Part shown: positions 20,750 to 30,908 of the stretch, in pieces
Numbering within the stretch: the stretch's first letter is position 1
Layout of the letters: each line of letters starts with the position of its first letter
NCBI GenBank assembly: GCA_026398815.1
Contig: JAPLSA010000016.1
Coordinates: forward strand, 61,922 to 125,921
Source of the DNA: Gammaproteobacteria bacterium
Lineage (GTDB): Bacteria; Pseudomonadota; Gammaproteobacteria; Nevskiales; Nevskiaceae
Direction: 5' to 3'
Length of the DNA: 64,000 nucleotides
The notes under the pieces: generated by a model
The model's database searches: none
What the model saw: the letters and a program-made list of their open reading frames with translations, nothing else
What the model was told of the DNA's origin: nothing
Translations under genes and position numbers: made by a program

Positions 20750-21704
20750 CTTCCTGATCACTGGCGGCGCTGGCTTCATCGGCTCGCATGTCGTTGACCG
20801 GATGCTGCGCCAGTATCCGCAAGCGAATTTCACGATTCTCGACAAGATGACCTACGCTGCGGACATCAGGAATCTTGACGGCATGCTTGACTGGCAACGT
20901 TGCAGTCTCGTTGTTGGCGATCTCGCCGATTTCGCGCTGTGCACGCGCGTCACGAGGAACATTGATTGCGTTCTGCATCTGGCTGCCGAGAGCCATGTCG
21001 ACAACTCGTTCGGCAATTCCCTTCAGTTCACCCACTCGAACACGCTAGGGACTCACGCGCTGTTGGAGGCCTGCAGGATCAATGCCGTGCCGCGGATGAT
21101 TCACGTATCCACAGATGAGGTGTACGGCGAAATCGCGGAAGGTGCGCATGTCGAAACGGATATGCTGAATCCAACGAACCCTTACTCGGCGTCCAAGGCA
21201 GGAGCCGACATGATGGTCATCAGCTACATCCACAGCTTCAAGTTGCCGATCACCATTGTCCGCGGCAACAACATCTTCGGCACGCGGCAATTCCCGGAGA
21301 AGATCATCCCGAAGTTCACCTTGCAGGCCTTGGCCGGCGACAAGTTGACTCTGCACGGGAACGGCGAGAATCGCCGCCGATTCCTGGCGGTAGAAGATTT
21401 TGCCGAGGCGCTGGTGGTCTTGCTGGAGCGCGGCCGGTGCGGCGAGATCTACAACGTGGGGACCGAACACGAATTCCGGAATATCGACATCGCCCGAATG
21501 ATCTGCGACCAAACCGGCCGCAACTTCGACGAAGCCGTGACTTTTGTCAGTGATCGTCCCTTCAACGATTTCCGCTATGCAATGGACTCCAGCAAACTGC
21601 AGGCGCTCGGCTGGGCCCCACAAAAGCACCTGATCGACTCATTGCCGGCGCTGGTTGCATGGTATGCAAAGAACAGTACGCGGTATGCGTCGATTGGAGG
21701 CTGA
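20745..21704 (+). CDS. rfbB: dTDP-glucose 4,6-dehydratase-like NDP-hexose 4,6-dehydratase
   Basis: [16 protein letters not shown]...HLAAESHVDNS...STDEVYG...PYSASKAGADM...VRGNNIFGTRQFPEKIIPKF. Confidence 0.85.
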   Translation, partial: NNFLITGGAGFIGSHVVDRMLRQYPQANFTILDKMTYAADIRNLDGMLDWQRCSLVVGDLADFALCTRVTRNIDCVLHLAAESHVDNSFGNSLQFTHSNTLGTHALLEACRINAVPRMIHVSTDEVYGEIAEGAHVETDMLNPTNPYSASKAGADMMVISYIHSFKLPITIVRGNNIFGTRQFPEKIIPKFTLQALAGDKLTLHGNGENRRRFLAVEDFAEALVVLLERGRCGEIYNVGTEHEFRNIDIARMICDQTGRNFDEAVTFVSDRPFNDFRYAMDSSKLQALGWAPQKHLIDSLPALVAWYAKNSTRYASIGG

Positions 21705-21845
21705 GCCGCCGCCTAAGAATAAGCCGATTGCGAATTGGCCAGCGGGTAGTGACTGTTCGATGATGAGCGCATCGCTGTCGAAGATGACTTCCACCTTGCA
21801 GGCGCTTCAGTCGCAGATTGCCAAGCGCTACCACGCCAGCAGTGA

Positions 21846-21989
21846 CGGGCCTCCGGCCGCAGCGATTCCAGCTACGAGCGGCGCGTGGTGCTGGACGCCT
21901 ACTACTCCAAGCACCGCAGCCTGCAGATGAACCTCGGAATCATCCTGAAGACCGTGCGCGTCGTGCTCAAGGGCAGCGGCGCGTACTGA
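21846..21989 (+). pseudogene. 3'-terminal remnant of a second 'bacterial sugar transferase' (PGT) gene
   Basis: Open frame after an in-frame TGA reads RASGRSDSSYERRVVLDAYYSKHRSLQMNLGIILKTVRVVLKGSGAY*. It parallels the intact PGT C-terminus in this window (SGRNDVGFRRRIVLDVYYIRNQHLWLDLQILFRTIRVVFGSTGY*). Upstream, PAVTGLRPQ (cf. PGMTGLWQ) sits in a different frame, so it is frameshifted and truncated. Confidence 0.7.
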
Positions 21990-22046
21990 ATCGGCTGCGG
22001 GCATGCCCGGCGCTGGAGACAGCCGCCGGGCACAGCAGCCGCCGTC

Positions 22047-22991
22047 CTAGGCGCCGCTCCTCTGCTCGAGGAACCACCGGTACGTCGACGCTATTCCGTC
22101 GGCCAGCCCGATCTTCGCCTTCCAGCCGAGCGCCTGCAGCCGCGACACGTCCAGCAGCTTGCGTGGCGTGCCGTCCGGCTTGCTGGTGTCGTAGACAATG
22201 CGCCCTTCGAAGCCGACGACGGCGCTGACCAGCGCCGCCAGTTCCGCGATCGAGACGTCATCGCCGACGCCGACATTGACGACCGCGGCCCCCTCGTAGC
22301 TGCTGAACAGATGCAGGCAGGCATCGGCCAGATCATCGACATGCAGGAACTCGCGACGGGGCGTGCCCGTACCCCAGACGACCACTTCGGCATCGCCCCG
22401 CTGCTTCGCTTCGTGAAACTTGCGGATCAAGGCCGGCAGCACGTGCGAGCTTTTCAGATCGAAGTTGTCGCCGGGTCCGTAAAGATTGGTCGGCATCAGC
22501 GAAATGGCGTTGAAGCCGTGCTGCTTGCGGTAGGCCTCGCAGGTCTTGATGCCAGCGATCTTGGCGATCGCGTACCACTCGTTGGTGGGCTCCAGCGTAC
22601 CGGTCAGCAGGGCATCCTCGGTGATCGGCTGGGCCGCGAACTTCGGATAGATGCACGATGAACCGAGGAACACCAGTTTCTTCACCGAGGCGCGCCAGGC
22701 GCTATCGATGACATTGGTCTGGATCTCCAGGTTGTCGCGGATGAAGTCCGCCGGGAAGCTGTCGTTGGCGAGGATGCCGCCGACCTTCGCGGCCGCCAGG
22801 AACACGTAGTCCGGCCGTTGCGTCTCGAAGAAGCCACGCACCGCCTGCTTGTCGGTCAGATCGAGTTCACTGCGGCTGCGGGTCAGCACCTGCGTGAAAC
22901 CGGCCAACTGCAAGCGGCGGACGATGGCCGATCCCACCAGCCCCCGGTGGCCTGCGACGAAGATCTTCGAATCCGGCGTCATCTCGGCCAT
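22047..22991 (-). CDS. fcl: GDP-L-fucose synthase
   Basis: [15 protein letters not shown]...[15 protein letters not shown]...PADFI..NL.IQ.NVI...[13 protein letters not shown]...[18 protein letters not shown]....G...[13 protein letters not shown]. Confidence 0.93.
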   Translation of the reverse strand: MAEMTPDSKIFVAGHRGLVGSAIVRRLQLAGFTQVLTRSRSELDLTDKQAVRGFFETQRPDYVFLAAAKVGGILANDSFPADFIRDNLEIQTNVIDSAWRASVKKLVFLGSSCIYPKFAAQPITEDALLTGTLEPTNEWYAIAKIAGIKTCEAYRKQHGFNAISLMPTNLYGPGDNFDLKSSHVLPALIRKFHEAKQRGDAEVVVWGTGTPRREFLHVDDLADACLHLFSSYEGAAVVNVGVGDDVSIAELAALVSAVVGFEGRIVYDTSKPDGTPRKLLDVSRLQALGWKAKIGLADGIASTYRWFLEQRSGA

Positions 22992-22994
22992 CCC

Positions 22995-24104
22995 TTACTC
23001 GTGGTAGTTGAATGCGCGGTAGCCGGCCTTCTGCACCAGCGTGTCGCGCCGTGCCGACTTCAAGTCCTCGGCCATCATTTCCTGCACCAGTTCGGCAAAG
23101 CTCGTCGTCGGCGTCCAGCCCAGCTTTTCGCGTGCCTTGGTGGGATCGCCGAGCAGCGTGTCGACCTCGGCCGGACGGAAGTAGCGCGGGTCCACCGCCA
23201 CGATCTTCGTGCCCGGCTTCGCTGCGCATTCCGCAGGGGCTGTCAGCACCGTCGCGAACTCGTCGACGCCGACGCCGTGCCAGGCCAGTGCCATGCCCAG
23301 TTCGGCAGCGGCGGCATTGACGAAATCGCGCACCGAATGCTGTACGCCAGTGGCGATCACGAAATCCTCTGGCTGCTCCTGCTGCAGCATCAGCCACTGC
23401 ATCTCGACGTAGTCGCGCGCGTGTCCCCAGTCGCGCAGGCTATTCATGTTGCCGAGGTACAGGCAGCTTTCGAGGCCGAGATAGATGCGCGCCAGCGCCC
23501 GCGTGATCTTGCGGGTCACGAAGGTTTCACCGCGCACTGGTGATTCGTGGTTGAACAGGATGCCGTTGCAGGCATACATGCCGTAGGACTCGCGGTAGTT
23601 CACGGTGATCCAGTACGCATACAGCTTGGCCACGCCGTACGGCGAGCGCGGATAGAACGGCGTGGTCTCCTTCTGGGGAATCTCCTGCACCTTGCCGTAC
23701 AGCTCCGAGGTCGAGGCCTGGTAGATGCGGGTCTTCTTCTCCAGTCCGAGGATGCGGATCGCCTCCAGCAGGCGCAGCGTGCCGAGCGCATCGGAATTGG
23801 CCGTGTACTCCGGACTCTCGAACGACACCGCAACATGGCTCTGCGCGCCGAGGTTGTAGATCTCGTCCGGCTGCACCGCCTGCACGATGCGGATCAGATT
23901 GGTGGAGTCGGTCAGATCGCCGTAGTGCAGGATCAGCCGCCGCTGCTGCTCGTGCGGGTCCTGGTAAAGGTGGTCGATGCGCCCCGTATTGAACGACGAC
24001 GAACGCCGCTTGATGCCATGCACCTCGTAACCCTTGCCAAGCAGAAACTCGGCCAGATAGGCCCCGTCCTGGCCGGTGATACCGGTGATCAGTGCACGTT
24101 TCAC
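22995..24104 (-). CDS. gmd: GDP-mannose 4,6-dehydratase
   Basis: [49 protein letters not shown]...[10 protein letters not shown]...[48 protein letters not shown]. Confidence 0.95.
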   Translation of the reverse strand: MKRALITGITGQDGAYLAEFLLGKGYEVHGIKRRSSSFNTGRIDHLYQDPHEQQRRLILHYGDLTDSTNLIRIVQAVQPDEIYNLGAQSHVAVSFESPEYTANSDALGTLRLLEAIRILGLEKKTRIYQASTSELYGKVQEIPQKETTPFYPRSPYGVAKLYAYWITVNYRESYGMYACNGILFNHESPVRGETFVTRKITRALARIYLGLESCLYLGNMNSLRDWGHARDYVEMQWLMLQQEQPEDFVIATGVQHSVRDFVNAAAAELGMALAWHGVGVDEFATVLTAPAECAAKPGTKIVAVDPRYFRPAEVDTLLGDPTKAREKLGWTPTTSFAELVQEMMAEDLKSARRDTLVQKAGYRAFNYHE

Positions 24105-25369
24105 TCTTTCAATGCTCCCTTGTATTCGCGAACCAGCCCAATGAGTTGCTGCTCGAATCGCAGCAGGATTGCATCCTGATCCAGATTGGCTTCCGCATAG
24201 CGCCGCGCATTTTCACCCATACGCGCCCGATGATCAGGATCGATGCCCAGCTTCTGCAGTGCTGCGACCAGCGCATCGACATCGTCCGGCGGAACGACGC
24301 AGCCCGTGCCGGCACCTTCCAGCACGTCCGAGAGTGCCGTCCCCTCGCTTGCCGTGGCGATGGCGGGACGACCAACTGCGAGGATATTGGTCAGCTTCGA
24401 AGGCATGACCAGATCGGCAGCCTCGGCCTTCTGGATCACCAGATGGACATCGGCGGCCCTAAGCAGATCGCCGAGCACTTCCAGCGGCTGCACCGGCAGG
24501 AACAAGATGCTGTGAAGGCCGCGCTGTTCGGCTGCATCCTTGAGTCGCTGCCATTCAGGCCCAGCGCCGACCATCAGAAAGCGGAAGCGGAGGTCACCGC
24601 GTAGACGGTCAGCCGCTTCGATCACCAGATCGAGCCCCTGCTTGGCACCCATCGCGCCAGCATAGATGGCGAGGAAGCTGTCCGGCGGCAAGTCGAGCGA
24701 ACGACGAAATGCGTTGTCGGCCGGCCCCGGCGTAATGCCGCGCACATCCGCCCAGTTCGGAAGCAGCCAGGTGCGCTCGGCATCGGCACCCTTGGCAATG
24801 GCGCGTCGACACATGGCGTCGGTGATCGACGATACGCGCCCGGCTCGGCGCATCAAGAAATTTTCCAACGCATACAGCAGTTTGCCGAGCACGCCAATGT
24901 TCAGCATTTTCAATCTCAGGGCGGCATCGACCTGAAAATCCTGCACGTGATAAATCCAGGGCACACGCCGCAACCAACCGCTGAGCAGTGCCGGAATACC
25001 GGTGAACATCGGTGGGCAGACCGAGATCACGACCTCGAAACGGTCCCTGCGCGAGAACAGCGCAATCCATTTCACGAGGCTGCCGAGAAAGAACGTGCCG
25101 TCGATCAGCATCCGCTGCAAGGCACTGACCTTGCCGCCATTCGGAATGTAATGCGGCACCCGATGGACCGTGACCTCGCCCCACTGCTCAGTCAGGAAGC
25201 GGGTTCGCCGATGTGGTGCAGCCAGCTCCCATTGTGGGTAATGCGGGAAACCGGTGACGACTTCTACCCGATGCCCGCGCGCGGCAAGCCACTGCGCCAT
25301 CTCGCCGCTGTACTTGCAGATGCCGGTCTGATCCGGGTGGAAGTAAAGCGAATGAATCAGGATTTTCAT
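24101..25369 (-). CDS. GT4-family glycosyltransferase, WcaI-like
   Basis: [47 protein letters not shown] is the WcaI-type N-terminus, with a C-terminal GT-B fold. Overlaps the gmd start by 4 nt, echoing the colanic-acid gmd/fcl/wcaI association. Confidence 0.8.
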   Translation of the reverse strand: MKILIHSLYFHPDQTGICKYSGEMAQWLAARGHRVEVVTGFPHYPQWELAAPHRRTRFLTEQWGEVTVHRVPHYIPNGGKVSALQRMLIDGTFFLGSLVKWIALFSRRDRFEVVISVCPPMFTGIPALLSGWLRRVPWIYHVQDFQVDAALRLKMLNIGVLGKLLYALENFLMRRAGRVSSITDAMCRRAIAKGADAERTWLLPNWADVRGITPGPADNAFRRSLDLPPDSFLAIYAGAMGAKQGLDLVIEAADRLRGDLRFRFLMVGAGPEWQRLKDAAEQRGLHSILFLPVQPLEVLGDLLRAADVHLVIQKAEAADLVMPSKLTNILAVGRPAIATASEGTALSDVLEGAGTGCVVPPDDVDALVAALQKLGIDPDHRARMGENARRYAEANLDQDAILLRFEQQLIGLVREYKGALKE

Positions 25370-25401
25370 CGAATCAGGGAAGGCAAGCGGCGATCACGCG
25401 C

Positions 25402-26376
25402 TCAATACAGGGACTTCGGCGCGCAGCTTTCACGCCAATCGGCGATCGCCGCATCGAGCGAGAACTGGTGCTCGAAACCGATCGAACGCAGGTTTTCAGC
25501 AGAAAGATCGGTCGAGCAAAACAGCTTCTCGATCCTTCGAGTGTGTACCGGATTTCGAAGGCCAATCGCATCCAGAGCCTGAAACGGGATGGCCGCGAGC
25601 CAAGCCAGCCGGAACGGAATCACGGGGATGAATCGACTCCAGCCGTAAGCCTTGCAGAGCGACGCGCACACCGATCCGATTGTGGTGGGCTCAAAATACG
25701 CACCATGGAAGGTGTCAATCTGCTGCGCATCGCGCTCCACCGTCAGCAGCAGACGCACGAGATCCTTGACGTAGATGGCGCTCTTGACCGTCGTCCGGCG
25801 ACCGATGTACGCAAAGAGTCCTCGGCGTAAAGCCTTGTACAGATTGACGAAATTTCCGCCGGCGCCGCAGCCGAAGACCACGCCCGGGCGAACCACGCGT
25901 AAGCGCCGGTCCAACGCCCCGTCGCGCCATCCGCGCAAGGTTTCCTCGGCAAGCGCCTTCGATATGCCGTAGGCGGTGTCGGCATTCGGAGTGTCGCTTT
26001 CCCGGTGTCGTTCATCCCCTGCGCGAAACACCATCGCCGTGCTCGTGAACACGATGCTGGGGATGCCACAGCGAACTGCCCACTCCGTCACGCGGCGGGT
26101 AGCGACATGGTTGTTGACGAAATACTCGTCCCAGTCGAACCCCGGTTCGCGGCAGGCGGCTGCCAGGTGAAAGCACGTCGCGACCGGGAAATCCGGCATG
26201 AACGGCAGCGGATCCCGTAGATCGCACTGCACGAACTGCAATTTGGCAATGCTCTGAGACGGTGGCACCCGATCCAGCACCACGATGCGGTCGACATCCG
26301 CCTGTTCGCTGAGCGCCTTGCACAAATAAGTACCGATAAAGCCACTGCCACCGGTCACCACGATGTTTCGAGACAT
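25402..26376 (-). CDS. NAD-dependent epimerase/dehydratase-family SDR
   Basis: From MSRNIVVTGGSGFIGTYLC (ATG at 26376), with a YGISKALAEE YxxxK motif. Substrate not inferable. Confidence 0.75.
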   Translation of the reverse strand: MSRNIVVTGGSGFIGTYLCKALSEQADVDRIVVLDRVPPSQSIAKLQFVQCDLRDPLPFMPDFPVATCFHLAAACREPGFDWDEYFVNNHVATRRVTEWAVRCGIPSIVFTSTAMVFRAGDERHRESDTPNADTAYGISKALAEETLRGWRDGALDRRLRVVRPGVVFGCGAGGNFVNLYKALRRGLFAYIGRRTTVKSAIYVKDLVRLLLTVERDAQQIDTFHGAYFEPTTIGSVCASLCKAYGWSRFIPVIPFRLAWLAAIPFQALDAIGLRNPVHTRRIEKLFCSTDLSAENLRSIGFEHQFSLDAAIADWRESCAPKSLY

Positions 26377-26609
26377 TGAACTTCCAGCAACACGTCGGCA
26401 TGGGTTCTGCGTAACAGCGTCAGGCGCTGTCAGGCAGTGATAGGGGCAAGAGCGCCAGCAACAGATCGGCAGCATCGCTAGCGATGGAAACCTCCTTGTG
26501 CATCGTCAGCATGCCGATTGCGTACCATTTGTGCGGCGCGAACGATGACGTAACCGCGACAAAGTGCGCCAAGCTTAGCAGCCGACCACGGCACAACCCA
26601 CCTTCGTTC

Positions 26610-27641
26610 ATGACAAACAGCAACGACTCAGGCTCGGCGATGACAGCCACGGACATGCCCAAGCCATCGCTCGCAACACCTGTTCTTTTCCTCATTTTCA
26701 ACCGCCCGGAAACAACCGCAATCGTCTTCGAGGCGATTCGCGCCGCGCGGCCCGCCCGGCTCTACGTGGCTGCTGACGGCGCGCGAACCAACCGCCCCGC
26801 CGAAGCGATCAAGTGCCGCGCGACGCGCGCGATCATCGAACAGGTGGATTGGCCCTGCGAGGTGCGCACCCTATTTCGCGAAGCCAATCTCGGCTGCCGC
26901 AATGCGGTCAGCGGCGCGATCACTTGGTTCTTCGAACACGAGGAAGAAGGGATCATTCTCGAAGACGACTGCTTGCCCGTGCCGAGTTTCTTCTGGTTCT
27001 GCGAAGAGCAGTTGTCGCGTTACCGTCATGACGAGCGCATTGGTCAAATTTCTGGCACCACGTTCTTCGCCGACGACTTCCTGCGCACCGCCAGCACCGA
27101 CTACATCTTTTCGCGACATTTCGCGATCTGGGGCTGGGCCACGTGGAGACGCGTGTGGCAGACCTACGATCCCAGCCTCAGCCGCTGGCCCGAGTTCTGC
27201 CGTCAGCGGCTGCTGCCCGCCGCTTACCCGCTGCGCAGCGAACGTCTGGCCCGCAGCCTGCATAACGATCAGGTGATCCGTAACGACGTCGACACCTGGG
27301 ACTACCAATGGACGTTTGCCAACATCTCGCAGTCCAGGCTGGCGGTCGTGCCGCGGCACAACCTCATCGTCAACATCGGCTTCGGTGATGACGCCACGCA
27401 CACGACATTTCGCCATCCAGTGGCGCCGCTTTCGGCTCGCGACATTACGCTGCCGACAACGGCCCCGACTTTCGTCCACTCCGATTTTGTCTATGACCAC
27501 TCGCTCTCCAAGCGCCTGTACCGTGGATTCCTCCTTTCCAAGGTCGATTCCCTGCTCAGCCGGCTGCGCGACAGGCAATACCTGCAGGCGAAGTCCCGGG
27601 CGCTGGCTCGCGCGATCAAGACCCGTCTGAAGATCCCGTGA
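26610..27641 (+). CDS. nucleotide-diphospho-sugar transferase-like protein (GT-A fold, 'HlpA-like'), paralog 1
   Basis: PVLFLIFNRPETT..VFEAIR.ARP.RLY.AADG.R...P.E...C...R..I...DWPCEV......NLGC..AVS.AI.WFFEHEE.GIILEDDCLP. Start uncertain (26610 ATG preferred; ORF open from 26484). Confidence 0.55.
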   Translation: MTNSNDSGSAMTATDMPKPSLATPVLFLIFNRPETTAIVFEAIRAARPARLYVAADGARTNRPAEAIKCRATRAIIEQVDWPCEVRTLFREANLGCRNAVSGAITWFFEHEEEGIILEDDCLPVPSFFWFCEEQLSRYRHDERIGQISGTTFFADDFLRTASTDYIFSRHFAIWGWATWRRVWQTYDPSLSRWPEFCRQRLLPAAYPLRSERLARSLHNDQVIRNDVDTWDYQWTFANISQSRLAVVPRHNLIVNIGFGDDATHTTFRHPVAPLSARDITLPTTAPTFVHSDFVYDHSLSKRLYRGFLLSKVDSLLSRLRDRQYLQAKSRALARAIKTRLKIP

Positions 27642-28684
27642 CCATCCAGACCATCTCTGCCCGCATCAAGTCCGAGTTCAAGCCCGAAGCACCGCTGCAG
27701 ACGGCGGTGCTGTTCGTCATCTTCAATCGCCCGGATGTCACGGCGGACGTGTTCGAGGCGATCCGCGCCGCACGCCCCCCGCGCCTGTACATCGCCGCTG
27801 ATGGTCCTCGCAGTAACAGGCCGGGCGAAGCCGACAAGTGCCAGCGCACGCGACAGGTGATCGAACGCATCGACTGGCCGTGCGAAGTCTCGACGCTGCT
27901 TCACAATCAGAATCTCGGCTGCCGGCACGCGGTCAGCAGTGCCATCGACTGGTTCTTCGAGCACGAGGAGCAAGGCATCATCCTTGAGGACGACTGCCTG
28001 CCGGTGCAGAGCTTCTTCTGGTACTGCGAGGAAATGCTGAACCGCTACCGGCACGATGAACGCATTGGCCAAATCTCGGGCTCCGCGTTCTGCGAGCAGC
28101 AGTTCCTTGCCGACGTGTCTAGCGACTACATCTTTTCTCGGCACTTCTCGATCTGGGGTTGGGCCACGTGGCGGCGAGTCTGGACCACCTATGCGTCCGC
28201 GACGGAACTCTGGCCGGAGTTTTCACGAGAACGGCTGTTGCCCGGCGCCTACCCCGACCGCAACGAGCGTTACATGCGCAGCCGGAACAACGACACCTTC
28301 ACCACCCATGCGATCGATGCCTGGAGCTTCCAGTGGATCTTCGCCAACGTCTCGCAGAGTCGGCTGGCGGTCGTGCCGCGCCACAACCTGATCGTCAACA
28401 TCGGCTTCGGTGAAGAAGCCACGCATACGACATTCCGTAATCCGGTCGTGCCGACGGTGGCCACCGATCTCACGCTGCCGACGCGGCCGGCGCGTATCGT
28501 GCACGCCGATCATGTCTACGATCGCTCGCTGTCCCGCCGCCTCTACCGCGGCCGACTGCGCTCGAAGTTCGACTCGCTGATGAACCGGCTGCGCGATCCC
28601 GCATTCATGCGGATGAAGCTTTGCAAGCTGCTGCACCTGCGACCACCGGCTCAGAAATCGCTGACCACCGACACAATCAGCTGA
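27638..28684 (+). CDS. nucleotide-diphospho-sugar transferase-like protein, paralog 2 (tandem duplicate)
   Basis: GTG start overlaps the paralog-1 stop (GTGA). By eye it shares roughly two thirds of residues with paralog 1 along the whole length (e.g. RYRHDERIGQISG, IWGWATWRRVW, SQSRLAVVPRHNLIVNIGFG..ATHTTFR). Confidence 0.55.
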   Translation: MTIQTISARIKSEFKPEAPLQTAVLFVIFNRPDVTADVFEAIRAARPPRLYIAADGPRSNRPGEADKCQRTRQVIERIDWPCEVSTLLHNQNLGCRHAVSSAIDWFFEHEEQGIILEDDCLPVQSFFWYCEEMLNRYRHDERIGQISGSAFCEQQFLADVSSDYIFSRHFSIWGWATWRRVWTTYASATELWPEFSRERLLPGAYPDRNERYMRSRNNDTFTTHAIDAWSFQWIFANVSQSRLAVVPRHNLIVNIGFGEEATHTTFRNPVVPTVATDLTLPTRPARIVHADHVYDRSLSRRLYRGRLRSKFDSLMNRLRDPAFMRMKLCKLLHLRPPAQKSLTTDTIS

Positions 28685-28716
28685 GGCTCGGCGCGTCCCG
28701 CGCGCCGACGCCTGCG

Positions 28717-29622
28717 CTACAGCGGTTCAACGGCGCCGGTATCGACGTTCAGTACCGGCAGTCCACGGATCACCGGCAGCCGCGCGGTACCGCTAATGAA
28801 GGTCAGATTGCCCGCCGCATCACGGCTCTCCCGGGTCTTGGAATCCGTGAACGCGGCGGTGCTGGCGAATGCCCGAATCGCGTCGTTCTCAAGGTCCTTG
28901 CGGACGAAGAAGGCATTGACACCCGCCGAGCAGGTGCCGACCAGCACATAGCCCAGTGAAGTTGCCAGACTGACCATCGCGCCGAACGATGCCCCGAAAT
29001 AGAGGTTCGATGCGTGGGCACGCGTCCGGTAGAACGTGCCGTCGTACGGCACCGTGATATTCCGCTCGCCGCCGAAGACCGCGTTGTACTCGACAACCAG
29101 CAGCCGCGGACGGAAACCGGTGATGGCCTTCAGCACGTGGTAGTCCATGCCGTCGATATCGACCGACAGCAGGCCGAGGTCTTCATCGAATCCGCTGTGC
29201 GCCAGCACCGCGTTGATGTTCTCGCGGGTGATGAACGAGCAATGGGCCGTCAGCTCATGCTTCCAGTAGAAGTGAGCGTTGCGAATCTTCTCGACATTAC
29301 GCGGCGAGCCGTCGACGACGAAGCCGGACCAGTTGTCCTTCATCAGCAGGTAGCGGCAGTTCGATTCGAGGAAGTCCTCGACGCCGAACTCGATGAATGT
29401 CCGGTTCGCAATCGGCACCACCTGCGTCAGCTTCTGGATGATCCCGTCCTCGCCCCACTGCGAAAACACCTTGAATTCATGGTCGTGCAGCTGCGCCGAC
29501 GAGTTGCCGCGACGAAGCTCGAGGAGCATGAGACTCTGGTTGATCGCCTGCGTATCGAGGCGCTCCTGCAGCTTCGCCAACGCCTTGAGGAGGGCCAGCA
29601 GTCGATTGAAGAGCTTGCGCAT
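28717..29622 (-). CDS. FkbM-like class I SAM-dependent methyltransferase (tentative)
   Basis: EFKVFSQWGEDGIIQKL....N.TFIEFGVEDF.ESNCRYL....NWSGFVVDG resembles the SQ.GED...FVE.GA.DG..SN start of FkbM-type enzymes. Recollection-based. Confidence 0.45.
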   Translation of the reverse strand: MRKLFNRLLALLKALAKLQERLDTQAINQSLMLLELRRGNSSAQLHDHEFKVFSQWGEDGIIQKLTQVVPIANRTFIEFGVEDFLESNCRYLLMKDNWSGFVVDGSPRNVEKIRNAHFYWKHELTAHCSFITRENINAVLAHSGFDEDLGLLSVDIDGMDYHVLKAITGFRPRLLVVEYNAVFGGERNITVPYDGTFYRTRAHASNLYFGASFGAMVSLATSLGYVLVGTCSAGVNAFFVRKDLENDAIRAFASTAAFTDSKTRESRDAAGNLTFISGTARLPVIRGLPVLNVDTGAVEPL

Positions 29623-29624
29623 GT

Positions 29625-30908
29625 CTAGGCGTTATTCCAGCGTGAATGAGTGACGTAATGAAGCCTTAATGAGTTGTACATCGCAAAGATCAGCGCCACG
29701 CTGATCCATCCATAACGCTGATACAGGCCGGGTGCCGTCATCGAGTAGATCGAGAACGCCACTTCGGCGCCGACCAGCGCGGCGACAAGATTACGGACCT
29801 CCCGGTCCACGGCCAGTTGCAGTGCGCGGCGGCTGATCCAGAACGCAGCGAGCAGGATTAGCAGCAGCGACAGCATGCCGAGCACGCCGGTCTCGAACCA
29901 CGCGCCGAGCAGCACGTTGTGTGTTGCCAAACCGACCCGCGTCAGCCGCCCGCCCGCCACCGTCCCGACACCGAGCAGGGGCTGCGCAGAGATCTCCTCC
30001 CACGCCGCGACGAAGGTATCGATGCGTTCGGCGAACGTGCCGCCCTTGCCGCCCTCGGACAACGCATACAGATCGGCGACGGCAGACAGCTCGACACTCG
30101 CCGTTTCCAGCAATACGCCGACCGCGACAAGCACGGCGGCACCGATGCCGGCGAGGATCAGTCCAAGCCGGGTACGTCCGGTCAGCACGATCCACGTAGC
30201 CACCGCGGCGACTGCGGAAATGATGCCGCTGGCCGATGCGGACAGGATCAGACCGGTCACGACCAGCGTGAGGCACGCGCCGGTGAGCAACCGGCGGAAT
30301 CGCGACAGCGCTGTGCCGGTTGCCAGCGCCAGCGCGGGCGCAAGCGCGATTCCGAGCGATGCACCGAGGTCGTTCGGATGTCCGGTGAAGCCCACCGCGC
30401 GTCCGACGATGCTCTCGGTCAGCGGAATCACTGTCGGGTCGATCACGGTCTGGGCAAGCCCGCCGAGGCCCGAAAGCGCACAGCCGAGCGTCCAGAACGA
30501 AACCGCCGACACGGTATGCGTGAACGACGGCAGCACGAAGATGCCAAGCGCGAACCAGACCGCGGTCAGATAGAAGAATTTGACCGCCGCGAACGCCGAT
30601 CCGATCAGCGCGTCCGCCGGCAGCGTCAGCGATGACAGTAGCGCCGCCACGGTGTAACCGGCACCGGCCACAACAATGACGCCAAGCCCATGCAGCTTGG
30701 GCAGCTGCCCGCGCCCGACAACGGCTGCTGCGGCCATCAGCAGCGCCATCGCGAACAGCGCGTCCGATGCGGTGATGCCACTCGCCCGAACCACCAGCAG
30801 CGGCAAGGTCAGGCAACCGAGGCAGTACAGCGTCCGCGCCGCCAGCAACAGCCATTGCGTACCGCCGGCCAACACGGCCGGCTGCGGGCGGATCGCCTCA
30901 GCGCCCAT
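29625..30908 (-). CDS. wzy: O-antigen polymerase/ligase-family membrane protein (Wzy_C domain)
   Basis: Polytopic. LLGVGTVAGGRLTRVGLATHNVLLGAWFETGVLGMLSLLLILL is the typical Wzy_C/O-antigen-ligase motif. Start set at ATG 30908 (or 30932), because the 474-aa track ORF would overlap wzx by about 150 nt. Confidence 0.7.
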   Translation of the reverse strand: MGAEAIRPQPAVLAGGTQWLLLAARTLYCLGCLTLPLLVVRASGITASDALFAMALLMAAAAVVGRGQLPKLHGLGVIVVAGAGYTVAALLSSLTLPADALIGSAFAAVKFFYLTAVWFALGIFVLPSFTHTVSAVSFWTLGCALSGLGGLAQTVIDPTVIPLTESIVGRAVGFTGHPNDLGASLGIALAPALALATGTALSRFRRLLTGACLTLVVTGLILSASASGIISAVAAVATWIVLTGRTRLGLILAGIGAAVLVAVGVLLETASVELSAVADLYALSEGGKGGTFAERIDTFVAAWEEISAQPLLGVGTVAGGRLTRVGLATHNVLLGAWFETGVLGMLSLLLILLAAFWISRRALQLAVDREVRNLVAALVGAEVAFSIYSMTAPGLYQRYGWISVALIFAMYNSLRLHYVTHSRWNNA

